64,000 nt of DNA, from assembly GCA_002633005.1 (NCBI GenBank), contig NMRA01000058.1, positions 629,188 to 693,187 on the forward strand, in the 5' to 3' direction. A program made the translations under genes and the position numbers. This DNA is from Phoronis australis. Taxonomy: Eukaryota > Animalia > Phoronida. Positions 40,494 to 61,339 of this stretch are shown in pieces (within the stretch, counting starts at the first letter, position 1; every line of letters begins with the position of its first letter). The notes beneath the pieces were generated by a model that was not told where the DNA came from, did not search any database, and saw only the letters and a list, made by a program, of their open reading frames with translations.

Positions 40494-43400
40494 ATGAGAC
40501 AAAAATCGGTGAGTTTACCGATTGTTTTTTAAAACCACTTAAAAATCAGTAGATTTTACTAATACACTTTTTTGTGCGTTTTCAGAAGATGTTTTCGAAT
40601 TTAAATTTTCTTCCGACGGGACACAAAACATGATCCAGGGTTTGTTTATGCAATGTATCTGTTTGTCCCAGGCACTAGTAGGATCTAGAAGGCCAAAGGA
40701 AAAATCCGCAGACAAATGCGATACGCTGGGTTCTTAACATTTTTGCCTCACGTTCACCATTAAACTGCATTGAAATGTTGTCCAATTGGCTTTTATTGGA
40801 AACCACAGTGCAGAGCTCAACATCAAAGCTTCAAATCGAGTTTATGTCAATAAAAACAGGCTGTTGCAATTTTCATTACTTCGTTGGCCTTTTTCTGCAT
40901 GTTTCTCAGTTTTTACAAAAGGGGGCAGCATATGACGAACTTAGGTGTCACAATAAAATGGCTGCCGAAGGCAGTGCACATTTGAAATAACTCGGCACAA
41001 ATTAAAGAAAACTTCCGAATCGATGAATGCGGTATATCTGTGAGAGTTAAATCGAATCCTATTCAGATCATAACTTTGAAGTGGAATAATTCGGTGAGTA
41101 CAATAGCAAGTCGGTTTTATGCTTAGGCGGACGACCATTGGGTTCCCCAGTATAAATCTAAAGTAATCTATTTTGTCGGAACGCATTACAGTTTAAGTTA
41201 CTCTTTGAAGCATGGTAAATAATTGTCCTTCCTGTTTTCAGACCAGACTAAAGACTACGCTCAGTAGTAAAAGGATACTAAACCCTGTTTTAATCATTTT
41301 AACAAATCCTCGTTTTGTCACTTGCTATTAATGCTTCACGGGCAAATCACAATCAAGGTCCATATTCGGTGGCCACTTTTGGGGAAAAATGAAGGTTGTC
41401 ATATAACTGTAAAAGCTGGGTTATTTTAAAGTACCATCATTCCAAGTTATTTTTGCACAAGAACCACCGAATAAAATTTTATGGCGTAATGCATCACAGT
41501 TGTACAAAAGGGTACGTACACTACAACTTGTGGTCACAGCCAACTTCTACCATGCAAAAATTCATAAGGTAGCAGTTAATTTAACAAGTTCTTGATCAAA
41601 TTGAGAAGAAGTATCACATACTAAAGTAAGAAAAGTTATTACCATACTGATCAAGTTGTTCTAGATGATGATACATTGCATATCTTAACACAGTATAATG
41701 AGAACTTCCTCTCTTGCAATATGATTTTTACAAAAAAATGACAAGTAACTACTTTTTTCAAAAAATTTATTGGTGCTATTTGCCTAGTTTTTAATACATT
41801 CACCAATTGGTCAAAATAGTTAAAGCAATGCTGGGCCCAGTGTTCCACTTGTAAACAGTAAAAAATGATACTGGTTAGGGGGTACGTACACTACGCAATC
41901 AATCAATTTCAAATTTTGACTAAGTTACAAATGTATGGCATGGTCTCAAGTTTTGTGCTACCTCTACTAGTTGGTTTATTGCAAGTTGTAGGAAACTGTC
42001 TGTGACAAATGTTGCTTACTTACCGGGTAATATTTTTGTTTCATGGCATTTGTTCACATCGGGGTATGTACACTACACAGGGGTACGTACACTACATTTC
42101 AATGACATGTCAGGTTTGTAACTAAATACTAAGAATCTACTGAGAATTAGTTGATTTACTAAATCAATTCAAGGAGAAAAAATAAAAAGCATAGCATATT
42201 AGCCGTACTTTGAAAATGGGCCCAAATTAAAATATAGGGGTACACAAATGCTAATATTTCACTCAAAACAAATGTAATTGTAGTAATAAGCACCCTTTTA
42301 ACCTAACATTTTCGAGGAAGGAAACTGTCTATGACCAGTGTTGCTCACTTACCAAGTGATATTTTAATTTCATGGCATTTGTAAACATTGGGGTACATAC
42401 ACTACAAGGGGGGGTACGTACAGTACATCACAGTTTCTGCATCACATGGTAACATAATGTTGTATGGCCATTTATTTTTCTTTGATGATAATAAGTACCA
42501 TGTTGTTATTTAAAAGGCAATAATTTCATTTGCAATGACCATTTGCGTTATTGGTTACTGAATTCCACATGGGTGTACGTACACTACATTTTGTTAGCCG
42601 TTTTGGCCCATTTTCAACATAGCAGAACCCAGTCAATATCCAAACTTTTGGTTTATTTAGATATTCAATAATTTGCTGTGTTGCCTAGGCTAACATACTC
42701 TGCAGTTCTTTTTATGAGAGAGTGTGAGCTTTAGTTTTTAACCTTCTTTACAGTAGGTAAGGGTTAGAAACACAGAATTTACTAATTTTGTAAAAAGTGC
42801 CTGTTTTATGATGAACCCTACCATTTCTCAATGATTAAGCACATCTTCTTCTAAGTGATTCTAAAAATGACTGAAGTTATTCTCAGTCATATCTAAGCAA
42901 TTGCTTACTTGATAAAATAAATTTCTTTTCTACTGTTGACAACTGAAAATTGTAATTTTTAAAATGGCCACTCGTAACGCTAAAATTGCACGAAATTCAT
43001 AAACAAAAATGCATAAATTTCTCAAACATTGTCCAATTTTGATGATTCTTTTTTAAATTTGCACAACTAAATAACTCTTTGCATATGAGATTCAGTTGGC
43101 ATTTGGTAAGTGATCAAAAAAATTATTTTAGACCGTAACACAGTGAACTCTTGAATGTGGACCTTGATTGGGATTTAGCCGTTCAGTGGAGTCGGTCTTG
43201 AACGATGAAACTTCAGGAATCAATTAAAAACTCATACTCCCTATGTCACTGGTTAGTTGTGGTTCTTGGTGGGTAGTTTTTCATCACAGTTGCCATTAAT
43301 TCGCTAAAAGCTGAGGTCACCTTTGCCCATTTAGCAGAATTTGGAAGGCGTTTTCAAAATTTCTTCTAAACTTTTGAAGGTTGTCGGGGATTACAAAATA

Positions 43401-46400
43401 TTATTTTGTTTCAGGTAACTGGATGGAAAAGTAATTTTTAGTATATGTTAATAGGCCAAAACCCCATTTGGTATCCTTGTAACAAAGGAGCCAGACGTTA
43501 TCAGAAGTTCACAACCAGCATTCTAGTAGGGATCTGGACTAGGGATATCGGCATACAATAGGCTGTAACTGCATTCGGTTTTTCATAAGGTTTTGAGGTA
43601 ACAGGCCGTAACTGTAGAAAATCTTGCCATTCCAGTTAATAGCACTTGAAGTCCCTAAGGTTACATTATGGCGTGTTGGCCATATTGCTTTATGTGTTAA
43701 AAAGCACTCGGAGGTTTGTCATAACTTGATTTGATTGTTTATACACTGTGGTTGTACTGCCAGGTTTTTGTCTTCAGGAAGCGCTTAGAAGAGATGCTTA
43801 TCCCTCTAAAGCAAAGCACCATAGTCAATTTTTCAGTAGCTTGCCCACACTTTTTCAATGGTGCAGACATGAATTTCCCTGATTGACGTATTTTACCATG
43901 TGACCCTTTGTGAAATTCATTCACTCAATTGAGAGAAATTCTCCTCAAGAGAAAAATTCCCCAATCAATTTGAGAACCTGCTATTGTTGGTAAACTGGAC
44001 ATGCAGTCGATTGCCTAGTGTTTACCCATTCCCTGTTCACTACTAGAATAGAAGAACTGTTCTCAGACCATCATTTCTCAACTTGGCTCTAATCAGATGA
44101 GCATTTGCATGTCAAATCTGTCACTACAAGGCAGAGCCATAAGAAGAAAGTTGCGCTAATGTCGCCATAGGAAAGCAACCATATGACTGGCTAAGTTGTA
44201 CAAGCACATAGCTAATAATTTCTTCCAACCTGATAAAGTACTACCACTCTTAATAAAGTACTACCACCCATCATAGTATGCCCTTCCTCACAAATGAAAC
44301 TTTACTCCTTGATTCCGATTTGACTTTACAATTTTAACCAGACTGCACGGTAAATATTAAGGGATTGTTTCTAACTCTAGAGGTGTTGGGCATCTGCAGG
44401 CTTGTTTGAATTGCAAAAATTTGACACAGTTCCACTCTTTACTTATTAAGGTCAGAGAGATCAAGTTGCGGCAACAAAACTGGTTGAAGCAAAGAGAATC
44501 TGCATTAAAAGAGTCATTTGACTCGTCAGGTGAGTTTTCTTTCTTTAAATGAATTACAAGTGACTGCAACGATAACCAAGGTTATCCAACTGACCAAACG
44601 TTGTGGGTGATGAAATGAAACCTGTTGCCTTTGAGCTCATATCCAAAACCTGCGAACACAAAAAGCTACACCTGATAAGCAGTTTGTTCAATGTTCATGC
44701 TTCTTCATACTTCTTGCTTTAAGTTCAAAATATGTGATGTTTTTGTTTCAAAGCCTTCATAAAAGGGATAGAAATGTGTTTCAGTTGCCACTAACCCTTA
44801 ATATTTGAATGGACTTTGTTTTGTTCATCATCAGACAAGCCAGTTGACATTTAGAACTGTCAGAGCTATTCCCCATGATACTTTGTTTGATTTTCGCAAC
44901 TATTTCACTGGTAGCTTGTTATCTGGATACCATTCATTGCATTTGGTTTTCAAAAGTAGTTTTGTTATTGCATTGTTTGCTATTGTAAAAATGTTGTGCT
45001 TTTGCCGGAGCAGGTGAAGGACAATCCACATCTTCGCGAAACAGTAATGGAAGTCTAGGGCTCACAAGAAGTAAAGAGATCAATACAGTGGTCTCACACT
45101 CTGTATCTGAACCACCAGTGCATGCTAAAAACACTCGTTTCAAATCATGGCGAAGTGCGCAGATGCAGAAAAAATCAAGTGGAACTAGTCAAAGAACATC
45201 GACTGATAGATATGGTGACAGCGACGACATAGGTAGTGATCACTCGGATGCATCTAGCTCTTGTAGTGAACTGAGAAGGATCGAACAATCAGAGTCCAGT
45301 TCTGCAAGGTCATCTGTGAGATCACAACATCTAACCCCTGATATGTTCGATGTTTTGGCTGATCAAATTGCTGAACGAGTTAAAAGAGAATTAAAGACGG
45401 GAGATGGTCCTCAAAACAACTACTTGGCGAAGACTAAACTTTATAACAATAGTTTCCGTGGTGATTCTGATTCAAAATGTCATGTAGACAAAGGGCTTGA
45501 GAGTCACTACTGTTCTCAGTGTCGGAACTTGATGGTAAGTTTTCATATCGGATGTAGCATAAAGTGTACTGATGGGAGACATGTGACTATTGTCAGTGTA
45601 CTGATGGGAGACAGGTGACCATTGTCACATCGCCACCTGTAGAGCCCTGTTAAAGGATGAAGAACTTAGCAGAAATGCATGTGTGGTCATCAGTGTGCAT
45701 GCCTTGGTTTTAATGTTTGTCAAATACATGTGGCACAGGAGTGGACTTGAAAGTATTGTGAATCATTCTGTTGTTCTGTTTAACACTTTGTAATCTTGCT
45801 TGCATCAAAAAGTTGCATTTATTTTGTTCTTGTGGTTGCAGCAACCGCATTCCACTAAGGAATTTCTCAGTAGATGGAGTCCTATACTGATGCATTTCTC
45901 AACATCAGCCTATCAGAATGTTTAATTTTTTTCCAACCAATGAGAATATCTGAATGTCTATTTTGTTATGTTAATCAATGAGCAGCCATGTTACGTAATC
46001 TTTCCACAGTGCTACTCCAGCACTGGGGAAAAGTGTAGGATACATGCAAAGCAGTCTATTGCAATTGATAAAATGCCACTTGGAAGTGGGGACTTATTTT
46101 GTCTTATTGAAATGGAATGAGCAACTTCACATCTGAGTAATGGGTGAATTTGGCGCCTTGTCAGCAGCAGTGTGCCACAAATTTTGTTGGAAGTACCTCC
46201 ATCTACCACTTGACCAGTTGCCTTTGCTTATGTTTCACACATGGGGCATCGATAGGCCCTATAGAGTTCTGGAAACTCAAACTGTTCTATTTATATTGAA
46301 GTATAAACTCACGACAAGTGTGTTTTTAATGTCGTACTTTAGTAAATTATGATTCTAACTTGCAGATGAGAATACAATACATTTATTCCCAAGTTACAAT

Positions 46401-49395
46401 AACAGGTTTATTGTTTTGATGTTGCATTCCCGAGTGCAAATTTGTTTTTTTGTAATCATCTGTGTAAGTCATATTTTACTCGAACATAAAGTAAAATGTA
46501 CTTCATTATTTTTAGTTAATTCTTAAGTAGATATGAACATGTCAATTTAAGCTAGAGTTTTTGTTCGGAGATTGGATCTCTGACCCAGTTGTTCCTGTAG
46601 TGACTTCTTGCAGCAGTGGCAAGTGCCTGTCAGTTCATCTAACGCAAGAAAATGATTTCCATATTAAATATCCTTACCCAGTATTAGAATCTTGACAAAA
46701 TACTATGTTCCAGGATTTGTGAAATTAAGTATTGTTGTATATCTTCATTTAGTTTGTGTTTTTTGATTTGTTTATCTACTCTTATCCCCAGGTGCCTCCT
46801 GTCCACACACCTATGCTAATAATTCCTTGTGGTCATTGTGTGTGCCAGGCCTGTGGTCAAGGGCAGCCCATCTGTCCACAGTGCTCAAGCCAGGTCACCT
46901 CTCTGACCTGTAACATCATGCTGCAGCAGATCATTTTGGAATTTAACAGCAAGCGCCAACAACAAGCTCATGGCACTAAGATGGAGAATGGCTACTGCCC
47001 TCAGAAATATTCAAGTGGTTCAAAAGGTGAGCTACGTAATCTCCACATAATTTTTAATGGAATTGTGCTACTGGAGATCTGATGTCTACTCTGATGAATG
47101 GTTTTTCACAAGAAATACTCTGTTTTGGTATGCATTTTTGCCTGATTGATTATTTTTTCTGGTAATTTTGATTATACCATATTTTTTGTGAAAATATGCT
47201 GTAGGACTATTTGCTAAGACACAGACCTTATTTAAGGGATTTTTATTAAGAAGTGAGCCAACTTAGGACAAATCTTTCTATACACAGTAAAGGGCAGTAC
47301 AATAAAAATTCAGTTTTACATAAAAATGCCAAAGACTCATTTTTATGGGCTCAAATATTTATATTTGGGTACATATTACCATCATCTCTGTGTGGGTGTG
47401 CAGGTTCCATGGCTGTATTTCCTAAGACCCGTGCAGGATCTTTTTGAAATTTGGCAAGTGTGTTCCTAGTGGCTGACGACAGACGGCGACTAGTTTCAGA
47501 CTGACCTGAATACCGCTGTGCCTCCTAGTGACAATTTTAGTTTTTTTACGCTTGCCTCTGTATCTTTGGAGTTCCTTGATAGATTTGGGAAATAGGTTTT
47601 TAATATGAAGACGATGATGCTTTTCCATTTTTGGATGGATTCGATGAATTTTACGCCACCTTGTGGACATTTTTGTCATTTTTGCCTCTGTTTTCTGGCA
47701 TCCGCTTCTCTGACTGCCATACCACTCAAAGGATCATTATAAAAATTTACAAATGTGTTGCTGATGAGAAGACCATGACTAAAGTTGACTTTCGGACAGG
47801 TTTGACTACTGTGTCACCCACTAGTGGCAATTTCGTTTTTCTTGCATCTGCGGCCAAATCTCCTTAACCCTTTGAAGGATGTTTGCCTCAGGCTGTATCT
47901 TCAAATTTCAGTAATGTATTTTCATGAAATTCAGAAAATAGTTTTCTATTAAGGAGACGACTCCGCCTTCCCACTTTCAGGCAGCCCGATTTGATGTTTT
48001 CTGCACCACTTTGTGGACTTTTTTCTTATTTTTGCATCTGTTGTTTTGGCGTCCACCTCCCTATCTGCCATACCACTTTAAGGATCATTATGAGAATTTA
48101 CAGATGTGTTCCTGATGAGCAGGACATGACTGAACTTGACTTTCGAACGGGTCCAAACTCTGTGTCGCTCCCTAGTGGTGATTTAGTTTTTGTGTCTGAG
48201 GCCAAATCTCCTTAACCCTTTGAAGGAACTCTGTGAAATTTGAAAGATGTGTTCCTATGGAGCCGACAACAAACAGGTAAAAAATGTTGAACTAATCCAA
48301 ATACCACTGTGCCCCCTGGTAGTAAAATGTTTTTTAGATTTACCTCTGAATCTTTGCCGTATTTTCATGATGTTCGTCAAATAGGTTTCTACTGAGGAGA
48401 CAACAAACCCTTCCCATTTTCAGCCAGATTTGATGTTTTGTGTGCCAGCTGTTGGCCGTTTAATAATTTTCGTGTATGTTTTTGACATCTGCCTCTATCT
48501 CAAATGACGATTATGTTTTGCTGATGCGAAGACCCTGGCTGATGTTGATTTTTGGATGTTTTTGACTATTCTGGCACAACTTAGGGGAAATTTTGCTTTT
48601 TTGCAGCTTAACCCTTTGAAGGATCTGTGCAAAATTTGGCAGGTGGGCTTTTATAGAGATATGGCAACAGATGACAAGTTTCAGACCAATCGGACTATAG
48701 CTGTGCCCCCTAGTGTCAATTGTTTATTACATTTGCCTCTATATCTTAGGAGGTCCTTGGCTTATTTTCATGAAAGTTGGCATATAGTTGTGTTTTACAG
48801 AGACACCACCTTCTCAATTCAGATAGGTTAGGTGGCCCATTCTGTGCCATTTTTATGATACTAAAAACACCCATAGAAGCACATCGTTAGCAGTGCTATC
48901 TTGTTTGCATTTCAATGCTCCGCATTGCTCTTGTAATTCTTGAATAGCTTACTGCATTATAAGAAACATTCAGAATATTACCATGTACTTTGAATGACTG
49001 ATGTCTAAATGATGCAATGAAGGCTCATACTTCGTTTTTTAATTTCTTTCAAAGGTTATGCAGATGAATATCAGACACTGACCATACGCCATGAGGTTCT
49101 TGAAACAGAGTCCAAGGCAATTAAAGAAAAACTCTCTGTAATAGACAAAGATATTGGCCAAGCTCGAAATACTATGAAGAACATTTCACGAGAAGAAGAA
49201 AAAATTGAGAAAGAAATACTGGCTCTTGAACAAAAGAGGAAAATTCTCGGACAGCACAAGGAGGAGTATGCTCAAAAGGTGGAAAAGCTTGAAAGTCAGC
49301 ATTTTGAAGAAGCCAACAGGCTGGCTTTGCTTGAAGAGTCCAAAAAATCTTTAGAGAAGGAAATGGACAAAGTAAAAATTTTAGCAGGCCATTAA
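40494..49395 (+). CDS. RING-HC (C3HC4) finger plus C-terminal coiled-coil protein, putative E3 ligase, about 396 aa, 5 exons
   Basis: Exons 40494-40508, 44451-44529, 45014-45534, 46792-47026, 49055-49395. Phases 0/1/0/1 consistent, 1191 nt. RING split by an intron: CSQC-RNLM|VPPVHTPMLIIP-CGHCVCQAC-GQGQPI-CPQC. Ser-rich N-terminal half and E/K-rich heptad C-terminus. Confidence 0.85.
41339..43181. mobile_element. Non-autonomous DNA transposon (1.84 kb) in RING gene intron 1
   Basis: Imperfect 28-bp TIRs CGGGCAAATCACAATCAAGGTCCATATT / AATGTGGACCTTGATTGGGATTTAGCCG, TTCA on both flanks, and about 7 internal GGGTACGTACACTAC-like motifs. Confidence 0.75.
47339..48905. mobile_element. Non-autonomous element with internal degenerate tandem units of about 370 bp (Helentron/HINE-like, tentative)
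   Basis: Repeated blocks ending GCCAAATCTCCTTAACCCTTTGAAGG near 47853 and 48201, with TTAACCCTTTGAAGG again near 48608. Paralogous pseudo-ORFs at 47631 and 47991. Starts in a T-run and ends GCTATCTTGTT. Confidence 0.55.
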
Positions 49396-50867
49396 CTCAT
49401 CTGGTCTATTTTCATCTGTAGTTAATTAAATAGCAGTCTATCTTTGCAAGTTTGTTGCTCTGGTTAACAATTATGTACACAATCACTATCTTGAAATGTA
49501 AGTGGAGGATTTTGGGAGAGGGTCTTGGCCACGGAAAACAAAAAAAATAAATATTGAAGTAAATTTTGGCATTAATGTTGCAGCTAATCATGGGCGTGTA
49601 CTTTTATGTGTGCATCATATTTGTTGTGGGATGTGCGAGTATCACAAAATGAAAATCGCCATTGTCGCATTGAGTCTTACCAGGGAATTCACATCGGAAT
49701 TTTGCTTTGCTTTTCAGTCTGATAAATGGTTCAAAGTAACACAATAAAGGTCGTTTTTAAAACGAATGTTCAGCTTACTGCAGTTTGATTAACAATGATA
49801 TCTGTAGGTTACAATGGCCATGGGTCAGTTTCATGAAAAGTGACCAGACACTTATGTCAGAAATTGGGTCTTACGCACCCACTTCACAATTTATGTAGTT
49901 ATGAACATCACAACTTAAAATAATTGTTTTAAATTATCTTGGTAAGTTTGATGGGAATATTTTCTAGATTGTACCTTTGCTAATTAAAATGAGATTTCAA
50001 AAATAGTTGTGTGGAATGAGATTTATTTATTTTTTCAAAAATAGTTGTTTGGAGCGTATGATCAAATTTCTTACTTATGTCTGAAGTCACAAACTCCAGT
50101 GTGTAAACTCGGTTTTTTATTTAGAAATCTTGTTAACACAGCGCACTTTCTAAGTCAACTCCTTCGTAGCCCAAACCTGACATAGGCTGTATGTTTGGAA
50201 GGTGTAGTCATTTCATTGGAAACTTGGCTCTTTTCAGGACACCTTGTACTTTGTCAATAGATTTTTTCAACTCCTGTTGTCATCAGAGGGTCTGTTTATC
50301 AGGGAATTTGATCTAAAGTCCTATTGTGTAGAGCAGAGTAAACACCTCAGTAGCAATGGCTTCATAGCAAAAAAACTTGACTGAAATCAATTAATATATC
50401 TTGCTCTATAACTGTTGATTGTTTGAACTGTTTGGCTTCCGAAATTGAATTCCTGGTAACATGTTAGGACAATTTTACTGGAAGAGATGCGATAAAAATA
50501 ACCCAAGATAGATAAGATAGAGTTAGTTCCCTTGATAAATGGTTTTAGTAACTCTTTGAACCTGCTTGATGATTGGTCAGTAAGTAATAATAATGCCTTA
50601 CAAAAGAGTACCCCAATGCATAACAATGTACTAAGACTTATATCTGGATTTAGCCTCAATTTAGAAACAGCTGTGGTTTGGAGTTGAAATCAAGTGGGAA
50701 GTTTTTTGTAAAGTGTCTTTACTTTGGCATCCCATTCTGTTGTATTTCAAACACAAAAATGACAAAGTTTGAAACCATTTAGATTATCAGAAGGAAGGTT
50801 TCAGGTTTGCAGACTAATTGATCAGGCAGCTCTCAAATTCCTTCAAGTGACTTCTGAGGGTCCATTT

Positions 50868-59360
<8,493 letters not shown>

Positions 59361-59409
59361 GTTGCTGTGGCTACTTTTCGGCCAGTGGACCAGCTCTGAG
59401 CTAAACAAT

Positions 59410-59434
59410 TTAATTTATATTATATATATATATA
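59410..59434 (-). promoter_or_regulatory. Candidate TATA box of GH9 gene
   Basis: TATATATA...TATAATATAAAT on the minus strand 50-75 bp upstream of the GH9 ATG (59360). Confidence 0.4.
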
Positions 59435-61188
59435 GCGGCCGGGTGTTGGTTCACACGAACCGAATCTCGTGGAAACTAGCACGAATGGGAACATTTAGTG
59501 CACGGACAGATAACACTCCGTGGTAGCATTAGACAGAAATGAAAAAGAACCTTCGTGTTCGGTCCTAATCCTGAGCTCTAAATGCTCAGTTCCATGATAC
59601 TGCCATGTTTATTGTCTTAATTTCTTTTTGTCAGAAAATCAACCATCTAAAATACGTGTAACTATTTCCATGTTTACAGCACCGAGGTTTTGATTTAAAT
59701 AATAGTGCTCCGCCAGAAATTCAAAATCCACATCAAGACTGAAGCAAAATCTCTGTAATGCTGCCAAAAACGGATACCCGAGAAAATAACACTGAAATAA
59801 TGAAAAAGTATAGACTGACCTAGTCTAAAGACCCTAGGCACGGTCGCCGCACAGCCAAGTTAGGTACCCAAACAAGATGATTGGCGACAGTCTCTTTTAA
59901 GGAAAGCAACTCATTTACCAGCATACATAAAACAATTTTAAAATTGTTTTTATAATTTCGACAACTTAATAGCTCTGACACAATTCTCGCTGCCCCGCGT
60001 AAACGAAATTACATTGTACCGATTGAGATGCGGTCTTTTCCTCAACTCCGGCAAGTTCGGGCACATCTTTAGTACTAGTAATCGTCTCTCCAAACTATGA
60101 ATGTGGTGACCATCAATCTCGTCTTCATATTTTCTTTAAATGTGTTCTCATCGAATGCCAGGGCAACTCGCTCATTCGTGCACTCAATGAATATCAATTA
60201 AGTGTAAACTCTTTCAATTCCTGTAATAATATCTCTACCAAAGTTACATTATTATAAAATGGTAGTCTAAACTTCCACCTTTTCCTCAATGAATTCCTCT
60301 TAAGTATTGTTAATAAATTTTTATGTATCGCTTATAAATCTTGTTACTTGCTTCTGGTTTCCTTATCTGTTCATGTTTTAATATGTTTGTAATAGCATAT
60401 CTAAAAATTCGAATACTTATATTAAATACTACTTACTAGCTTTTACTCTCGTCTGTCTACTTACGTGTCAAAGCTTGACCCCTGAACGAGTATAAACACT
60501 GAATTTTCATAACTACTTGCTTATGTCTCTTCCTTGGCAAATATTAGAACCTAATAAAAGGTGTCGCTTTATTCAGAATTTCTGGAGAGAAGCACCTGTG
60601 GCCTTTTGTATGAAACAGTCTCAAATAGGAATTCAACTATGTCCGGCATTTGGGGATGTGTGGAAACACTGAGTGTTATTACTGCAGCTGTTTTGTTCCC
60701 ATTACCAAGTCAAGTTTTGGCTTTGATACGCACCTGGAGTAAACTTTACGGTGAATTCCTGTTGAAAATAAACAGGAATCTTCCCATGCAACGACCCCAA
60801 GTTAAGGACCAAGTCCCTATATTTTCACTGAAATAAGATCTGTTTTTAAATATACTGTTAGAAATTGTCGTTAGCAAAAAGAGGGCGGTGAATCAGTGAC
60901 CCGATGAAGCATTTACAGACCAGAAGCTCAAATGGGTGAGTTTCACTGGTCGTGGGTGGCTTTTCCATTAAAGTTATATTCTAAGGTCTCCTTGTGTTTT
61001 TAAAGCCCTCAAAAGGGCCTTTTTGCATTAAAACACCTACGATGTGTAGTGTGAAAAAAACACGGCCCGAAAGGATTTTTTAGTCAATATATGAATGAGC
61101 GTTGTGTAGAATTTAAAACCAATACATATGTGTTATTTTATCATACGAAACATGTATAAATATACCTTTTTTCAGTAAAGCGTGGAAA

Positions 61189-61339
61189 TGTGTTGCGAAC
61201 ATTGTGTCCCGTCAGCACGCCATCATTTTGGTCACATCACGTGACCTAATGAATTTAAGTCCGGTCGGGGGGCAGAAATGTTACCGCACTTATATTCATT
61301 AGGTCACGTGATGTGGTCAAAAAGATGTCGTGCTGACGG
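61189..61339. repeat. Long hairpin / palindromic MITE
   Basis: About 70-bp arms: TGTTGCGAAC..GTCCCGTCAGCACG..CACATCACGTGACCTAATGAAT.TAAGT against its reverse complement, around a short loop. Confidence 0.8.

Noticed and set aside
47631-48831. Paralogous ORFs at 47631, 47991 and 48556
   Set aside because: They arise from tandem units inside an intronic repeat element and lack coding features.
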